Positions 35,926 through 48,150 of a stretch of DNA of 64,000 nt are shown piece by piece. The stretch comes from Chrysemys picta bellii (Eukaryota), in the NCBI RefSeq assembly GCF_011386835.1, contig NC_088798.1, forward strand, positions 85,126,001 through 85,190,000. The letters are read 5' to 3'. The translations under genes and the position numbers were made by a program. The stretch's first letter is position 1; every line of letters starts with the position of its first letter. Below the pieces are notes generated by a model. That model saw only the letters and a list, made by a program, of their open reading frames with translations. It ran no database searches and was not told the DNA's origin.

Positions 35926-38739
35926 ATATGTACTTCTGTGAATGATGAGCCCAAAGCTGGAACAGCAATTTATATCTTCAGATATAATTAGTTGAAAAAT
36001 TACCAAGTTAGATATGTACCAAATCCATAGCTGAACTGAAGACACTTAAACAGGAAACTGTGGTGATACAGATAATCCTCAGAGAAAGGGCACATTCTGG
36101 GAAGATCTGCCCACTGCACCCACTATAAAACTATCCTGGTAATAGGGAAGTCATGATCAGAGATTCCTTTGCTAACACAAAGGTGTCCCTATTAATAAGC
36201 ATCTACTATACTTGTCTGCTGCTTTAATTTGTTGAGAGAAAAAAAATATTCTTAACCAAAGCAGATCTTCCCTGATCAGTTTTTGTACCATGCACAGCTT
36301 CCTGAATGGTCTCTCTATATTCCTTTATTTCCCAAATCAGCAATATACAGAACTGTCTTTTGGACAAGGACTACAAATCATGTCCTCTATTTCCATGTGA
36401 AAACAAGCAGAAGGGGAAGTGCAAAATTTTGCTAGTGCAAAAAAGATCCATGACTCCTGAACAGTTTCTTTTCTGCCATGTCATCCCCTTTGGAAGGTGG
36501 GACCAGCATCTATGTGAATCAGGGATGGCAACAGGCTGCTAATTGCATGGAGTTTGAGAATCCATGGCAACAACAGGGAACCCTGCAGTCTCTCTGCTCG
36601 GGAAGTCTGGCTCCACACACCTCAAAACATAAACAGCACACCTGGCACAAGTGCATATTTGGCTGCCCCTAGCAGCTGTGGCCCTATGGTGTCTCAGAGA
36701 GTGGAGTATACATACTGCTTGGAACAGCAGTGACCTTCAAGTCTCTTGGGCCCACGCTTTCATTTTCAGAAAGGACCAAATCGCACACAGAGGCATATTC
36801 CACAGCTCCTCGTCCTTCTCTTGGCATCCTTCTTTTCTGCACTGTCCCCTTCAGTGTAGAAGGGAGAACAGAAAACACCAGTGTCTAGATAGTTAGGCAG
36901 ATGATACAGCATCAATACTCTTCCTGTATACATGACTTCTTCATCCTCTTAATTTACATGGGCTTGCCAAACACTAGAATGGACAATGCAGCAGGGGAGA
37001 CTTCTAGCAACAAGTTGAATCTTCAGAGGACTTCTCAGAAATGATGGATACAGGCTTTAGTTTCAAATAAGCATAGAAACTTGGGGCTAGAAGGGACCTT
37101 GAAAGGTCATCTACTTCAGCCCCTTCTATTCCAGAATATATGATTGAATTTCTAGGTCAAATACTTCTTTTTCACTCTGTTTTGTTGGTCTCGGTTTAGT
37201 TTTGTTCTGGCACTCTATTTGTGAATGTAGGTTTAGTATATGCTCTCCTTGGAGAAATGTTTCTGTTAGATCTCCATGACTCACTTTCCATCTTGAAGAG
37301 GCTGTTTATAGTGGCCAAAGCAACAGACTGTGCACTCTACCTCAGTAGATAAATTTTAGCAAGTTACTTACACTCTTACTTCATCCTCTTAGACAAGCTA
37401 TACAAACAAATAAGAAAGAATCAGATGCTCCATTTAAGCATACGTTACAAATAAAACAAACAGGGAAGTAGCTACCTTGTTTCGATAATATTAGATATCC
37501 CTCTAAAGCATGAAGGCCTGCCTTGTCAGGGAAATGAAGCTGGTCCACCTCCCCAGACTGTCAACAGTTCAAGCCATCAAAGCTGACAGAACTCTCAGAT
37601 ATTCTAATGAAGCCAGTGTTATGATCAGAGATTTTATTAAGTTTTTCATTCATTTCTCCCAAAGTCCTACTATATTCCCCAAAACCATATGCAATTTTCA
37701 TTCATATGTAGATTTCAGAGGTGCTACTCTGTACATTCCTGTCCATGAAATACCTGGGCCCTAACTTGTAATCCTGCAAGGTGCAGCATGCCTCCTGGGA
37801 AGGTTGAACACACTCAACTTATAATGATTTCAACAATGGGAGCTGATTATGCTCAACAGTTCCCAGAAGGCTCTCTATACCTGGCAGGTTTGGGCCAGAT
37901 TCCCTTTCAGTGATACAATTTTGTTTGGGTATATCCCAACCCCTAGTGTCAAATGAGCCGGACTAAAAATAATAACGAAAATGAATCCATTACAAGAGAT
38001 GATGCTCCCGACCTGGAAAAACAGATTTCCCCTCAAACTTGTATCCAAATTCACCACTTTGATCCTTACTAAATGTTTCAGCGTGATCATTTAATGGCGC
38101 CTAAGGATTATACATAGCTGTCATCATCTAGAATTACCTCTTACTGAACCACTGTCACTAAAATCTGGAAATAAAAAGGTTTCATTGATTGAGTTATATA
38201 ATATTTGGCTTCTATGTTCTTGCTTCCTGTTTCATTAGTTTGCAGTCCTGCACATGCTCCAGCAGACGACTCGGCCATTAAACTGTCATTATTGATTGAT
38301 TACTAATTATTACTAAAGGTCCTTTTTTGCTGAAGATGCTGTGGTTTGAATATCAATTTTAAGCCTAGGTCAGCTGTAAGGTGACTAGTTTAAACAATTA
38401 CATCTAGTTGATTCTAATGGATACAGTAAGTCTAAAGTATCTACATTAAGGACATCATTACATCAAAGACTAAACCCCAAACCATGAAAGATAAACACAT
38501 CTATTAAAATTAATTACATTAAAAATGCCTTAACCAGGAAAAATGGGTTAGTGCTGAGGACTTGAGACAGTCAGACAGTTATCATCCTAGCCAGAAGAAG
38601 CCTGTATAATCAATAACCTTAAAGAGCTACTTTAGAAGTGCCATCACGAATAACATTTATTTTCTGATATAAGAAAATGTATAACAGAGATTTGTTATAG
38701 AGTCATTTCTTTAAAATCAATTGAAAAATTAATTTATTT

Positions 38740-38870
38740 AGCACCTTCCATCCATCCAGCTCAAGGTTATCCCCACTTCACAGACCACGACACTGAGGCA
38801 CAAAGATGTTAGGTGACTTATGCAAGGCCAGGCAGGGATTCAGTGGCAGAATCACAAATAAAGGAACACA
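38740..38870 (-). mobile_element. Old MIR fragment
   Basis: TTATCCCCACTTCACAGA..ACTGAGGCACAAAGATGTTAGGTGACTTATGCAAGG. A second, plus-strand fragment lies at about 39060-39170. Confidence 0.55.
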
Positions 38871-41563
38871 AATTTCCATTGACACCCATTTCCATTGCTA
38901 AAGCATTTTCAGTCTTTTAAATTAAAGATAACATTTTCGAAGTGGCATGCAAGGATCTAGATACACAGCTAAATCCAAAGGCTACTCAACTGACAAGGTG
39001 AATGGGCACATGTTTATATTTCTCACCGTAATGTTTGATACGGACTAGATAGAATGAGCACATTCTAGTAGAGAGGGTTGGGTAAGTCTGGACCGTAGTT
39101 TCTACCGCCTGACCCTGCCACTGACTTATTTTGTTATCTTGGGCACATTTCTTAACCTCCTAATACTAATATAATAATTTGCAAGTATATTTAACATTTT
39201 TCATTTGAAGATTTCAAAATACTTTAAGGGGCAAGTATATTACCTAAGAGGTAGTTCTGTCACCTACAATCCTCTCACAAGTGCACTGCAGTAGCTGAAC
39301 TTTGGAACTCATTTCTCGTCTGATATGCACTCCTCCTATTTTTTTTTTTTAATCATCAGGCAGAATTGAACAACAGGTGAAAACTCAGTGCATTAAGTCA
39401 TCTTATTAAGGGTTTACTTTTCTGAATCTCTTCATGTTTCTCAATTAAATGCTGGCAATGAAATGCTGCCTATAAGCCTAATGATAATGCTAGTTAAAGA
39501 AATGCTTGGGGTTTTGTCTGTAAACAATATTTGGTCAATTTGATGTGATAGGTAGTGGAAATTAAATGACATTTTATTCAACTATATGTTCATATGCAGT
39601 ATTTAATATCCCAATCTGTAGCTGGCTGTCACTTTCCAATAAAGTAACCTTATAAATTACCTTTGGAATTGATATTTTTAGCAACATAAAGGTTTTATGC
39701 TTGTTTAAACTTAGCATTAAAGTGTTCTTATGAATGAAGAGGAATTTTAAGAAATCACACCTTGTAATCAGATCAAACTTGCTGAATTGTCTTAGTGGAT
39801 GCTAATCCAAATAAAATATAGACTGTGGGGGGTCTGGCCAGTGGTCTAAAAGTAGTGCTCCGGATATAGTAGACTTGGGTTTGATGCTTGTTTCCAATCC
39901 CCTGCTCATCTAAAGAAAACAGAGGAGACAGTGGTTTCTTTCTCAGTTTATAAAAGGAATGGAAATGGGATCCACTTTGTTATAAAAGGGAATTAGGAGT
40001 TAGCGATGGAATCCTGGCCCTACTTAAGTAAATGACAAAACTCCCATTGACTTCACTGAGTTCAAGTATTCCACCCTAGAACTCCTGGATTCTATTCCCA
40101 GTTCTTTAACTGACTTACTGGCTGCCTGTGCTGGATCTGAAGGGAAAGGAGGAATATAAGGGTGAAGGGAAACCTGGTTGCAAAGTTGAGAATAAATTTA
40201 CTGGAAAAACTCTCAAACATCACTGATAGTAACTTCTCCTTGTGCACCTCTAACATACCTGGGCAGGGCTTTACATCCTCTACAGACTCTGACCTTCCCT
40301 TTGGACTGGGCTTCTCTGACTGTCCAACATTACACCCAATAAAAGGAAAAAGTCCCTCATTCCTGCTGAATGGCCAGGCTACAACTGCACCTCCAATTTA
40401 ACTCTCTCTTTGGACAAAACATGCAGTTATAGGCTGGTGAAGAGAAGGGAGATGGTGAACAATTGTACCAGGGCCCTGAGCTCAGGCCCCCACAAAAAAC
40501 ATCTGTAACGTCTGTGCAAATAAAGTGAAAAGGGAGAGGCCAACATGATGTACTAGGACCCCAAAGGTCTCTTGATGGGCCTGCATCAAAGTAATGTCAC
40601 CATGCTTCTCGGTGATGAATATGACTGTACTGTACAGTTCCACACCAATACTGAAAACACAGCCTCATTCTTCCACAGTCCTACATGCATCTTTAAGCAC
40701 CTCACCTAAATACTTTGTGCCTCACTACCTCACAGGCTGTTGTGAAGCTTAGCTATTTAACGTTTGGAAAGAGCTTTGCAAGTGATGTATTAAATGAGCG
40801 AGGTGAGTGCAAAATACGGTATAGTTCTCTGGGTGATGGCTTCAAATCACTGACATGTTTAAAGAAACCATTTTCACATCCAAAAACAGGCATGAACCCA
40901 ATAAGCAGTTATAAATGTGCAGTTAGTTTCCTGTTACTTATCAGTCTGACTATCCTTTTTTCTTCAAACACTAACAAAGCTATAGGCACTGCTGCTTGAA
41001 GCAGCGCACTTGGTATAAATGGAACATCTGCTGATTAGTTGCCATTTGTCAAATCAATTTTCTTCCTCTAGGACACACACAGTTAAATCCAGAGAAATTA
41101 TTCAGTCTATAATTCTGTAATATTATTCCTTTCTGACCTTTGTGGTGCAATACTTTAAGTCAATGTGGCAGCATCATGTTTCAACATCCAAATTCACACA
41201 TTTCCCATTAATCAATAAGTCAACGGATAACTAATATATTTCTGATGCTGGGCAAATATTAATGGAACCCAAACACTGACTATTTGTTCAACGGCCTGGC
41301 CATTACACTGAAGCTGCCGTGATATGGGGCCTCATTAGAAAGAAAGACAAATATAAAGGAAGAAAGACTGCAGGAGAATACATGCACACATCCTCGACTT
41401 ATTCATTCCCTCATGCTTATGCTCCAGAAGCACTAATTTTGTAATAAACTAACAGTGTTGTAGACTGTACTCAGAATATACTGTCCACCTGTTACCTAAA
41501 GGAGGTGCTAGAGCGCGTGAGATTTGAATATGAAAGCTGTCTCAGCCGAATTACCTGCACTGA

Positions 41564-41915
41564 AGGACTGCCTGGCTCAGGTGGTCAATAATATTATAAC
41601 AAACCTTTCCCTGCAAGATTGCTTGTTCAAATCCAGCTCAGGTTAAGAATAACCACAAGTTACCACCATCCAGTGGCTGTTCAGCATCTTACATGAAAGG
41701 TGTTTGTTAATTGCAGCCCACTGGGCACTAATTATAAAACTTGTTGGCAGGCACAGTGAAGAGGCCATGGAGATTAAACTATCCTTTCCTAGAGTTGGTC
41801 CCTTCAGGCAGAGTTGAGACACATTTTTGGGACAGCGTGGGGAAATCTGCCATGTACCTGTGTGTTATACCTAATTGGTGAATAAACCACTTCAGCCTCC
41901 AGGGCTTTCCAGCCC
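41564..41915 (+). mobile_element. LF-SINE, near full length
   Basis: tRNA head (TGGCTCAGGTGG; GTTCAAATCCAGCTCAGG), then GGCACTAATT..CTTGTTGGCAG, GGCCATGGAGATTAAACTA, GGTCCCTTCAGGCAGAGTTGAGACACATT, GTGGGGAA and CTTCAGCCTCCAGGGCT, collinear with the LF-SINE consensus as I recall it. Confidence 0.8.
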
Positions 41916-43011
41916 CCATTAGTAAGCAAGCAAAAAGTGGTCCATTTGGTATTTATGGTTTTATTTTTTTGTTGGTGGTGTTGTTTTGAATTGTTTGACC
42001 TACTGAAAAACTAAAAGGTATTTTGTGAAAGATGAGAAGGCACGTACAGGAAGAAACAGGTTTTGTATATAAATAAACTCAGTGGTTTGGGCTGAGTATC
42101 AAATGAATTCTTATATTTAAAGAATAACATAGTTTGTCTATTATCAGTATTTACCAGCATTCAGAGAGGCAAAAAATGACATGCTTAGTGAAAAATAAGA
42201 CTTCAGTAGCCATTTTGGAGACCATTTGGACGAAAAGGAGGAAAATATTTAGAAAAGGCATAAAATGGTGTAGATTAGAAAATTCTAAGGCTCCAAATGT
42301 GGTGTGCCACATTTTCTCAAACTGCCCATCACTGTTCATATGTTTCACTGATATTAATTTAACAACAATTTTTATCCAATCATAAAACACTAACCCTGTT
42401 TTCCAATTTAGACAGTAAATGTGCCCTTTAAAGGTTTGGTGTTTTTGTGAGGGGTGTTTTTTATGGTTATGAAGTTTGCTTCGAGAGGTAATTACTATCT
42501 TATGCAACACATCTGCACAGACTTTCAAATTAAAAAACAGACTTCATCTGAGTCCCTTTAGAATTTCTCCATGTGTTTTTTCAACAATAACACAGAGAAA
42601 TTTTATTTAAAAAAGAGAGAGAGAGAGAGAAACTCTTGCTGAAATTTGCAAATTGTAATTGTTGATGTGCACTGGAAAACTCAGAAGGGGCTCTCTGGGC
42701 AGCATCACTGTTTGGTACTTCAGAAATTTAGTCTGCATAATATAAACACTATTGACACACTAAGGTGAAATGATGGTTTTATTACAGAGGTTCAGCCATA
42801 TGTTCATACTGCTTGAAAGCGCATATCAATAAGTGTCTCATTTGCTTAAAGATACATCCCTTCAGCCATGAACCTTTCTCTTCACTAAAAGTTGAATGTA
42901 CAATTAAAAAGAATGGGGAGAGAGAGACTTAGTAACTCCATGAAAAGCCATTTCTGAGAACTAGTAGGGGGAAAGTGAGACTTGAACAGGGGAGCCACTC
43001 AAATGGTATAA

Positions 43012-43210
43012 TTTTGCATTTATATAATGCCTTTCATCCCTAGGGTTCCAAACAAACTACAAGCCATACATACAGAAGCACAATACACACCACTGAAATT
43101 CAGCCATTTCTGGAGTGGAATGCCGCAGGCATCCCACCGCAGAGTGACATCACACAGCAGTTTAGGACAAGTAGTGAAAACGTGTAGAACACCACATACA
43201 ACTGAAATTT
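43012..43210 (-). mobile_element. AmnSINE (DeuSINE) 3' part
   Basis: The reverse complement reads GTCCTAAACTGCTGTGTGATG..CATTCCACTCCAGAAATGGCTGAATTTCAGTGG..GGATGAAAGGCATTATATAAATGCAA. Confidence 0.65.
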
Positions 43211-43409
43211 CAGGAAATGAAAAGCAATAACCAAAGCCAAATGGCTGCATCATGAATGGCCTTATTCTGAATGGAAATTGTATGTGATATTAACATAGCA
43301 ACAAATTACTATGATTGCCTCCAAGAGGCTGAGAGAAGACTAAAAAGGGGGGGGGGGGGGTATTTCTAAGATAGCACTTTTGAAAATATTTTCCTCACTT
43401 TTGATAACT

Positions 43410-43630
43410 TGGTATGTCTTTCAGGTGAGACACAAAACTGAAGCCCTGACTATTTATGGTTATTAAAGATCTCCTGTCACTTTTATAAGTGTAAATGTGT
43501 TGACCCAGTTTCCAAGCTGGATAATTACATTCTGCCTACATAGATTCTCTTTGCAGATTCAGCTGGATATAGTGGAGTGAGTGATGCTGATACAAACACC
43601 TGCTGTATTACACCTAGGGGTTAATGCATG
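43410..43630 (+). mobile_element. AmnSINE Deu-domain fragment
   Basis: GTCTTTCAGGTGAGACACAAAACTGAAGCCCTGACT..AAAGATC..GATAATTACATTCTGCCTAC. Confidence 0.65.
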
Positions 43631-44088
43631 GCTATGGGTTGAATGGCAGAATAATCTATATTTGGTAGAGGATATCTATTGCACACAAAAATACTACATG
43701 AAAAGAATGTTTTTAAATTTGCAAAGTCAAGCATTCAAAAGTTTGGAAATACCAGAAATAAGTTTGCCTGTGCAACTTTAATTTAGCCCCTTGTGCATAT
43801 ACATATGTTACAGTCTTTCATTATATGATCATATACTCTTTTGCCACAGGATCCCTGCCTCATTCAGTGCACAGGATGGATGGTACCCCATTAATGAGCA
43901 GCTATTCAATATTTTGTTTTGTCCATATTGTTCAACATGTGGCCCTATGACTTCTTTACTGCACATTATTCAAACCCTACTCCTCTTGGGCTTTTCTGTG
44001 GTGCTATAGTATCTTTAGTTTTTACAGACAACAACCTCATTCACTACAGACTTAAATGACAGGCAGCAGCAGCCTCTTTTATAACCTT

Positions 44089-44455
44089 TATCCCCGTGGT
44101 TGGAGCACTCACCTGTCGGAGACATGGGTTCAATCCCTTCTACCAAATTTGGGTCTCTTATATTGCAAGAGTTTGCCCTAGCCACTGATATATTGAACTT
44201 GGGTCTGCCACATCCTAGGCTAGTGCCCTACCCAGTACGCTATAGAGTAATTCTCATGCTCTTTCACTGGCCCAATGATTATTCATCATCATTCAGGTTC
44301 ACATCTTTGCTCCAATGACTATTTAATTATTTATATAATGTGGAACAGCTTCATCAGGAGAGACTGACCGAGTACTACACCCAGAATATCCATATAGTCG
44401 GTGTCTAGGGCACACGCCTAAAATGCGGGAAAGCCAAGTTCAAATCCCTTCTCCA
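44089..44455. repeat. Array of four degenerate tRNA-like (A/B box) modules within an unclassified repeat
   Basis: + module 44089-44144 (GGTTCAATCCC), - modules about 44148-44188 and 44192-44243, + module 44395-44455 (AGTTCAAATCCC). Confidence 0.5.
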
Positions 44456-46897
44456 CATCAGGCTCAATCTCTCTGTGGGGATGGCACATGCCTAGTCCAG
44501 TCACACAGTAGGAGCAATGAGGGGATGCAATATGTTCAATGGGGACAGAATCTTTGGAGTTTTGAGCTGCTACATTCTAATAAGTCTCCATTGAGTGTGT
44601 GCGAACTGAGATTTTTCTAAGGTTTATAACTTCGCCAAATTTCACGTGGATTTTCACAGGAACAACAAAAGGTACATCCCTGACACTAAGGAGATCTCAC
44701 TGACAAATTTCAAGTCCCTGCTCCAAAACAAGGGACGCTAGAGCTGTTCAAAGAAAAAGTCACTTGAATTTTAACACGGCAAAATAATATATTTTCCATC
44801 ACCTTGTTCTCAGAAACAGCCACACTGCATTGCCTGAAACTTTTTTTATTATTATTTTACACGTCAGGCTGAAGCAGACAGCCAGCATGCAAAATTTCAG
44901 CTCAAATGGTTAAAGTTTCACATAGTTACAAGCAACTGAAAACAGCATCTTATAATGGGAATTGTTGGGCAACCTTTATAATAGATGCTGCTCACCAGCC
45001 CTGCCTGTAATACACATATATAACAATTTCCCCTCTTGAAGTTATATTTTTGCTGTTATTCATTTACAGCCACCTCTTTAGATATAGGGTAAAATTTTCA
45101 AATGTGCCTATGTCAATAGGACATAGTCACCTAAATAGCTTGGGTTCTTTTGCAAAATTGACCTATATTCAGCAATACAGAAATAGATGTATCTTGGATA
45201 AAAACTTTGCAAATGAGAGAGTGCATATGGGGAAATGACCCTTTCAGCATGAAGACCGTCTGATCATGGGACCCAAAAATAAATTAGCTAACTGTGTTAT
45301 GTAACAAGCGGGCAAACAAATTTATCAAACGCATTACACACCCTACAGTTTTCTACATTATCTTGGGCAAATGTCTTTAAATGCATTTAATGGTAGTCTC
45401 TCCTCCATTCAAGGCTAATGACACAGAAAAAGCAGTGTTCTCAGAACTATCATTAAAATGGTTTAGACCAATCTCAGGGTTTAATTGATAGTGCTATGAA
45501 ACAAATGCAGAAGTGCCCTGACTCTCCACACACAGTCGGTTTAAAATCTACAGCATGGATTCGATCACCTCCTCTCCCCCTCTCACCCATACCAGAAAAA
45601 GAAGAGAAAAAAGCCTCCCATCTCCTGTATATCAGAGCAACACATTTGAAGGCGGTTACTCAGAGTTGTGTGTCTTTGAATGTACATAGCAAACCTAGGG
45701 GAAAAAATGGTATTCATGTATATTTGGGTGATACTGTACAGTTCATAAAGCTAGAGTGGCACCAAGTGGCCAGCAACTGAATTAGAGTCTCGAATATTTT
45801 TTTCCTTCCTTTATCTCACTGCAGGTCACATTTGCCATATTATTAGTTAAAACAAAATGGCCCAGCAGGTCACTTTTTCTGGGGAGCTCAGATGGTTTTA
45901 CTAGCAATCCTACTTAATCCACACATACAACAGTAAAAAGGAAAAGGACTTCCCATAGAGTACACTTAAGTGGACGAAACTCAGAATTACTAAGTAACTA
46001 ACAAGTATGTGAATGTCTGTTGCAGCAGACAGAGCTAGAGTACTCTAATTTTAAGGTTCAGAATGAGCCAACATTGCTGTATTCCAACTAGCCAGGGCAT
46101 GGGACAGAAATTAGATTTGCAACTGATTAAATAGATTAAGATTAAGGCTATTGAACAAATCTTCCAGTCTATGCAACATGACATTGACTGTCACATTCTA
46201 AAGAAGGCATTCCTTGTATTTATCTTTTACCTGCTTCCCTTTTAGCTCCTAAGTAGTGTGCTTCCCCCGTTTTCTTTCTATTTTTGGAATGCCTCTCACA
46301 TTGTTGTAATGCCTAGGTACTTAGAAACAAAAACAACAAGAAAGCTATGTCCCTTCAAAGAACAGTGTCAGAAATGCTTTCCCCCCCCCTGTGGATAGAT
46401 GTAATAACCATACCCATCAGTTTTTTCCCCACAATACAGCAGACTTGTAATCAAATAAGGGAGAATGTGGGGGTTGGGGAAACAGACAAGTGTTTCTGTG
46501 AACAAAACATTTACTGTTCTCTTGAAACATCCAATATCAAAAATCTAAGGCTATTTTAATGGAATTAGTGCATTATTTCAGTAGAATTTGAAAAAAAGAG
46601 TTTTATTATACTCTTATATTATCTAACCACAAAAAGGGACAATTGCTAAGCTGGAAAGAACGGACAGCTGCGAAGACAGCTTGCTTGTCTGAAACAAAGT
46701 TTCTGGTGTTAAACATTTTGTTAGCTGCTTTTGTTCCAGATTTCTAAGTAGAAAAAGGCAATTTTGTCATTCCCAACAGGGGAGACATGGAGGGAATGGG
46801 GGGGAAATTTATTGACAGGTCTCACAGAGAAGAACTACAGCCACAATGAGTTGAAAATGCTTTTGAATCTGAAAAATAGTAAAAATAATCAATGTGC

Positions 46898-46898
<1 letters not shown>

Positions 46899-46962
<64 letters not shown>
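46899..46962 (+). repeat. (TG)32 microsatellite
   Basis: Read directly from the sequence. Confidence 0.95.
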
Positions 46963-46968
<6 letters not shown>

Positions 46969-47176
46969 TTCAGTGCTACCTACTCTTGGTAACTACAGAC
47001 TGCACCAATTACACAGGCTTGCAACTGATTTAAATGATTAGCAAAAACAGGAGTTCAGAAGTGGCAATTTACTAGAAAAAATGGAAACAATAAAATAAAG
47101 TCCTCTTCTACTACTCTATGCATCACAATAAGGTAATGTAGACTTAAAAATAATGCACTAATACTGTAGCGACTAT

Positions 47177-47265
47177 GGATCAGATCCTCAACTGGTGTGA
47201 ACTGAAGTCACTCCGCTGAAGTCAATGGAGCTATGTCAATTTAAAAGCAGGTGAGGATTTGGTCC
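47177..47265. mobile_element. Palindromic MITE (Chompy-like), with a second copy directly adjacent (to about 47340)
   Basis: GGATCAGATCCTCAACTGGTGTGAA..GAAGTCAATGGAGC..GTGAGGATTTGGTCC. Confidence 0.55.
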
Positions 47266-47575
47266 TATGGGCCTGATCATTCCCACATTAGAGTCATTGG
47301 GAGGTTTGCCATTGACTTCTTTGGGACCAAGAAGGACCCTTGTGGAAATTTCAGATGTTTAGGTTGTTAGCAACAGATTAATCACCATATTCCAATCAGT
47401 GATGTTTTGGTGCTCAGTATGGAAGACAGGAGTAATTTAGCACTTCAGGAACTGGAAGGAGTGAAGTTTAGGATAAAAAGAGAAAGACAGACACTGTAGA
47501 TCAGACATTCTGGCTACTCAGCCCATAATACCAATGAGCACTATGTTGGATCGACAGCACTATGTGACCTGAAGC

Positions 47576-48150
47576 TGTATCACTGTGATTATGATCCCAT
47601 CAGATCTCACTAGTGATGAAGCAGTGCTGTTAATACTTGGACGGAGGATTTTCCAGGAAGTGATAAGGGAGAGTGATTCAGTAGATCGCAGTTTTCCCAC
47701 CAATGGACTTATCCAAATCTCACTAACAGTCAATCGAAAGTCTCTCTGATTTCAGAGGGAGTAGGATTGGGGCCCTCCATGTCCCAACATGGTTTTAGGG
47801 ATCTGGAAGCATTGTCTTTCAGATTAGACATTAAACAGAGGCCCTAATCCTGTGGCACTTTGTAAAGTTAGGGTTATTTAAATATAGTACCCTGGTTAAA
47901 TTCCAACTCAAGTGATTATATTCTGCCTATAACACTTTGTATTGCAGTTTCAAGTGGATCATACTTGAAATTGTTGCGGACTGTTGCTGCCTACAATTAA
48001 ACAGCTGCTACTTTCCAGCTCAGAGGTGGGTGAAGTGATCCCTGTATTATCCCTTACCCACCTCATAAATTTGTTGCAAGGTTTAATTAACGGATATTTG
48101 CAGATTGCTTTGAGATCCTCTGATGAATTATTATTGGTTTTAGAGCTGTG
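47576..48150 (+). mobile_element. AmnSINE1-like element with 5S rRNA-derived head, interrupted by a small MITE (about 47704-47775)
   Basis: 5S-like GATCCCATCAGATCTC..GTTAATACTTGGACGGAG (box C), Deu domain GTCTTTCAGATTAGACATTAAACAGAGGCCCT, AAATTCCAACTCAAGTGATTATATTCTGCCTA, TTAAACAGCTGC..CAGAGGTGG and tail GCTTTGAGATCCTCTGATGAA. Confidence 0.7.

Noticed and set aside
43347-43360. G14 run (and G16 at 50632-50647) as G-quadruplex elements
   Set aside because: Simple homopolymers of uncertain length in an assembly, with no other support.
44089-44144. Functional tRNA gene
   Set aside because: The A/B boxes are recognisable, but I could not fold a proper cloverleaf or anticodon arm.
47576-47655. 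5S rRNA gene
   Set aside because: Heavily degenerate and followed by the Deu domain, so it is the 5S-derived head of an AmnSINE.
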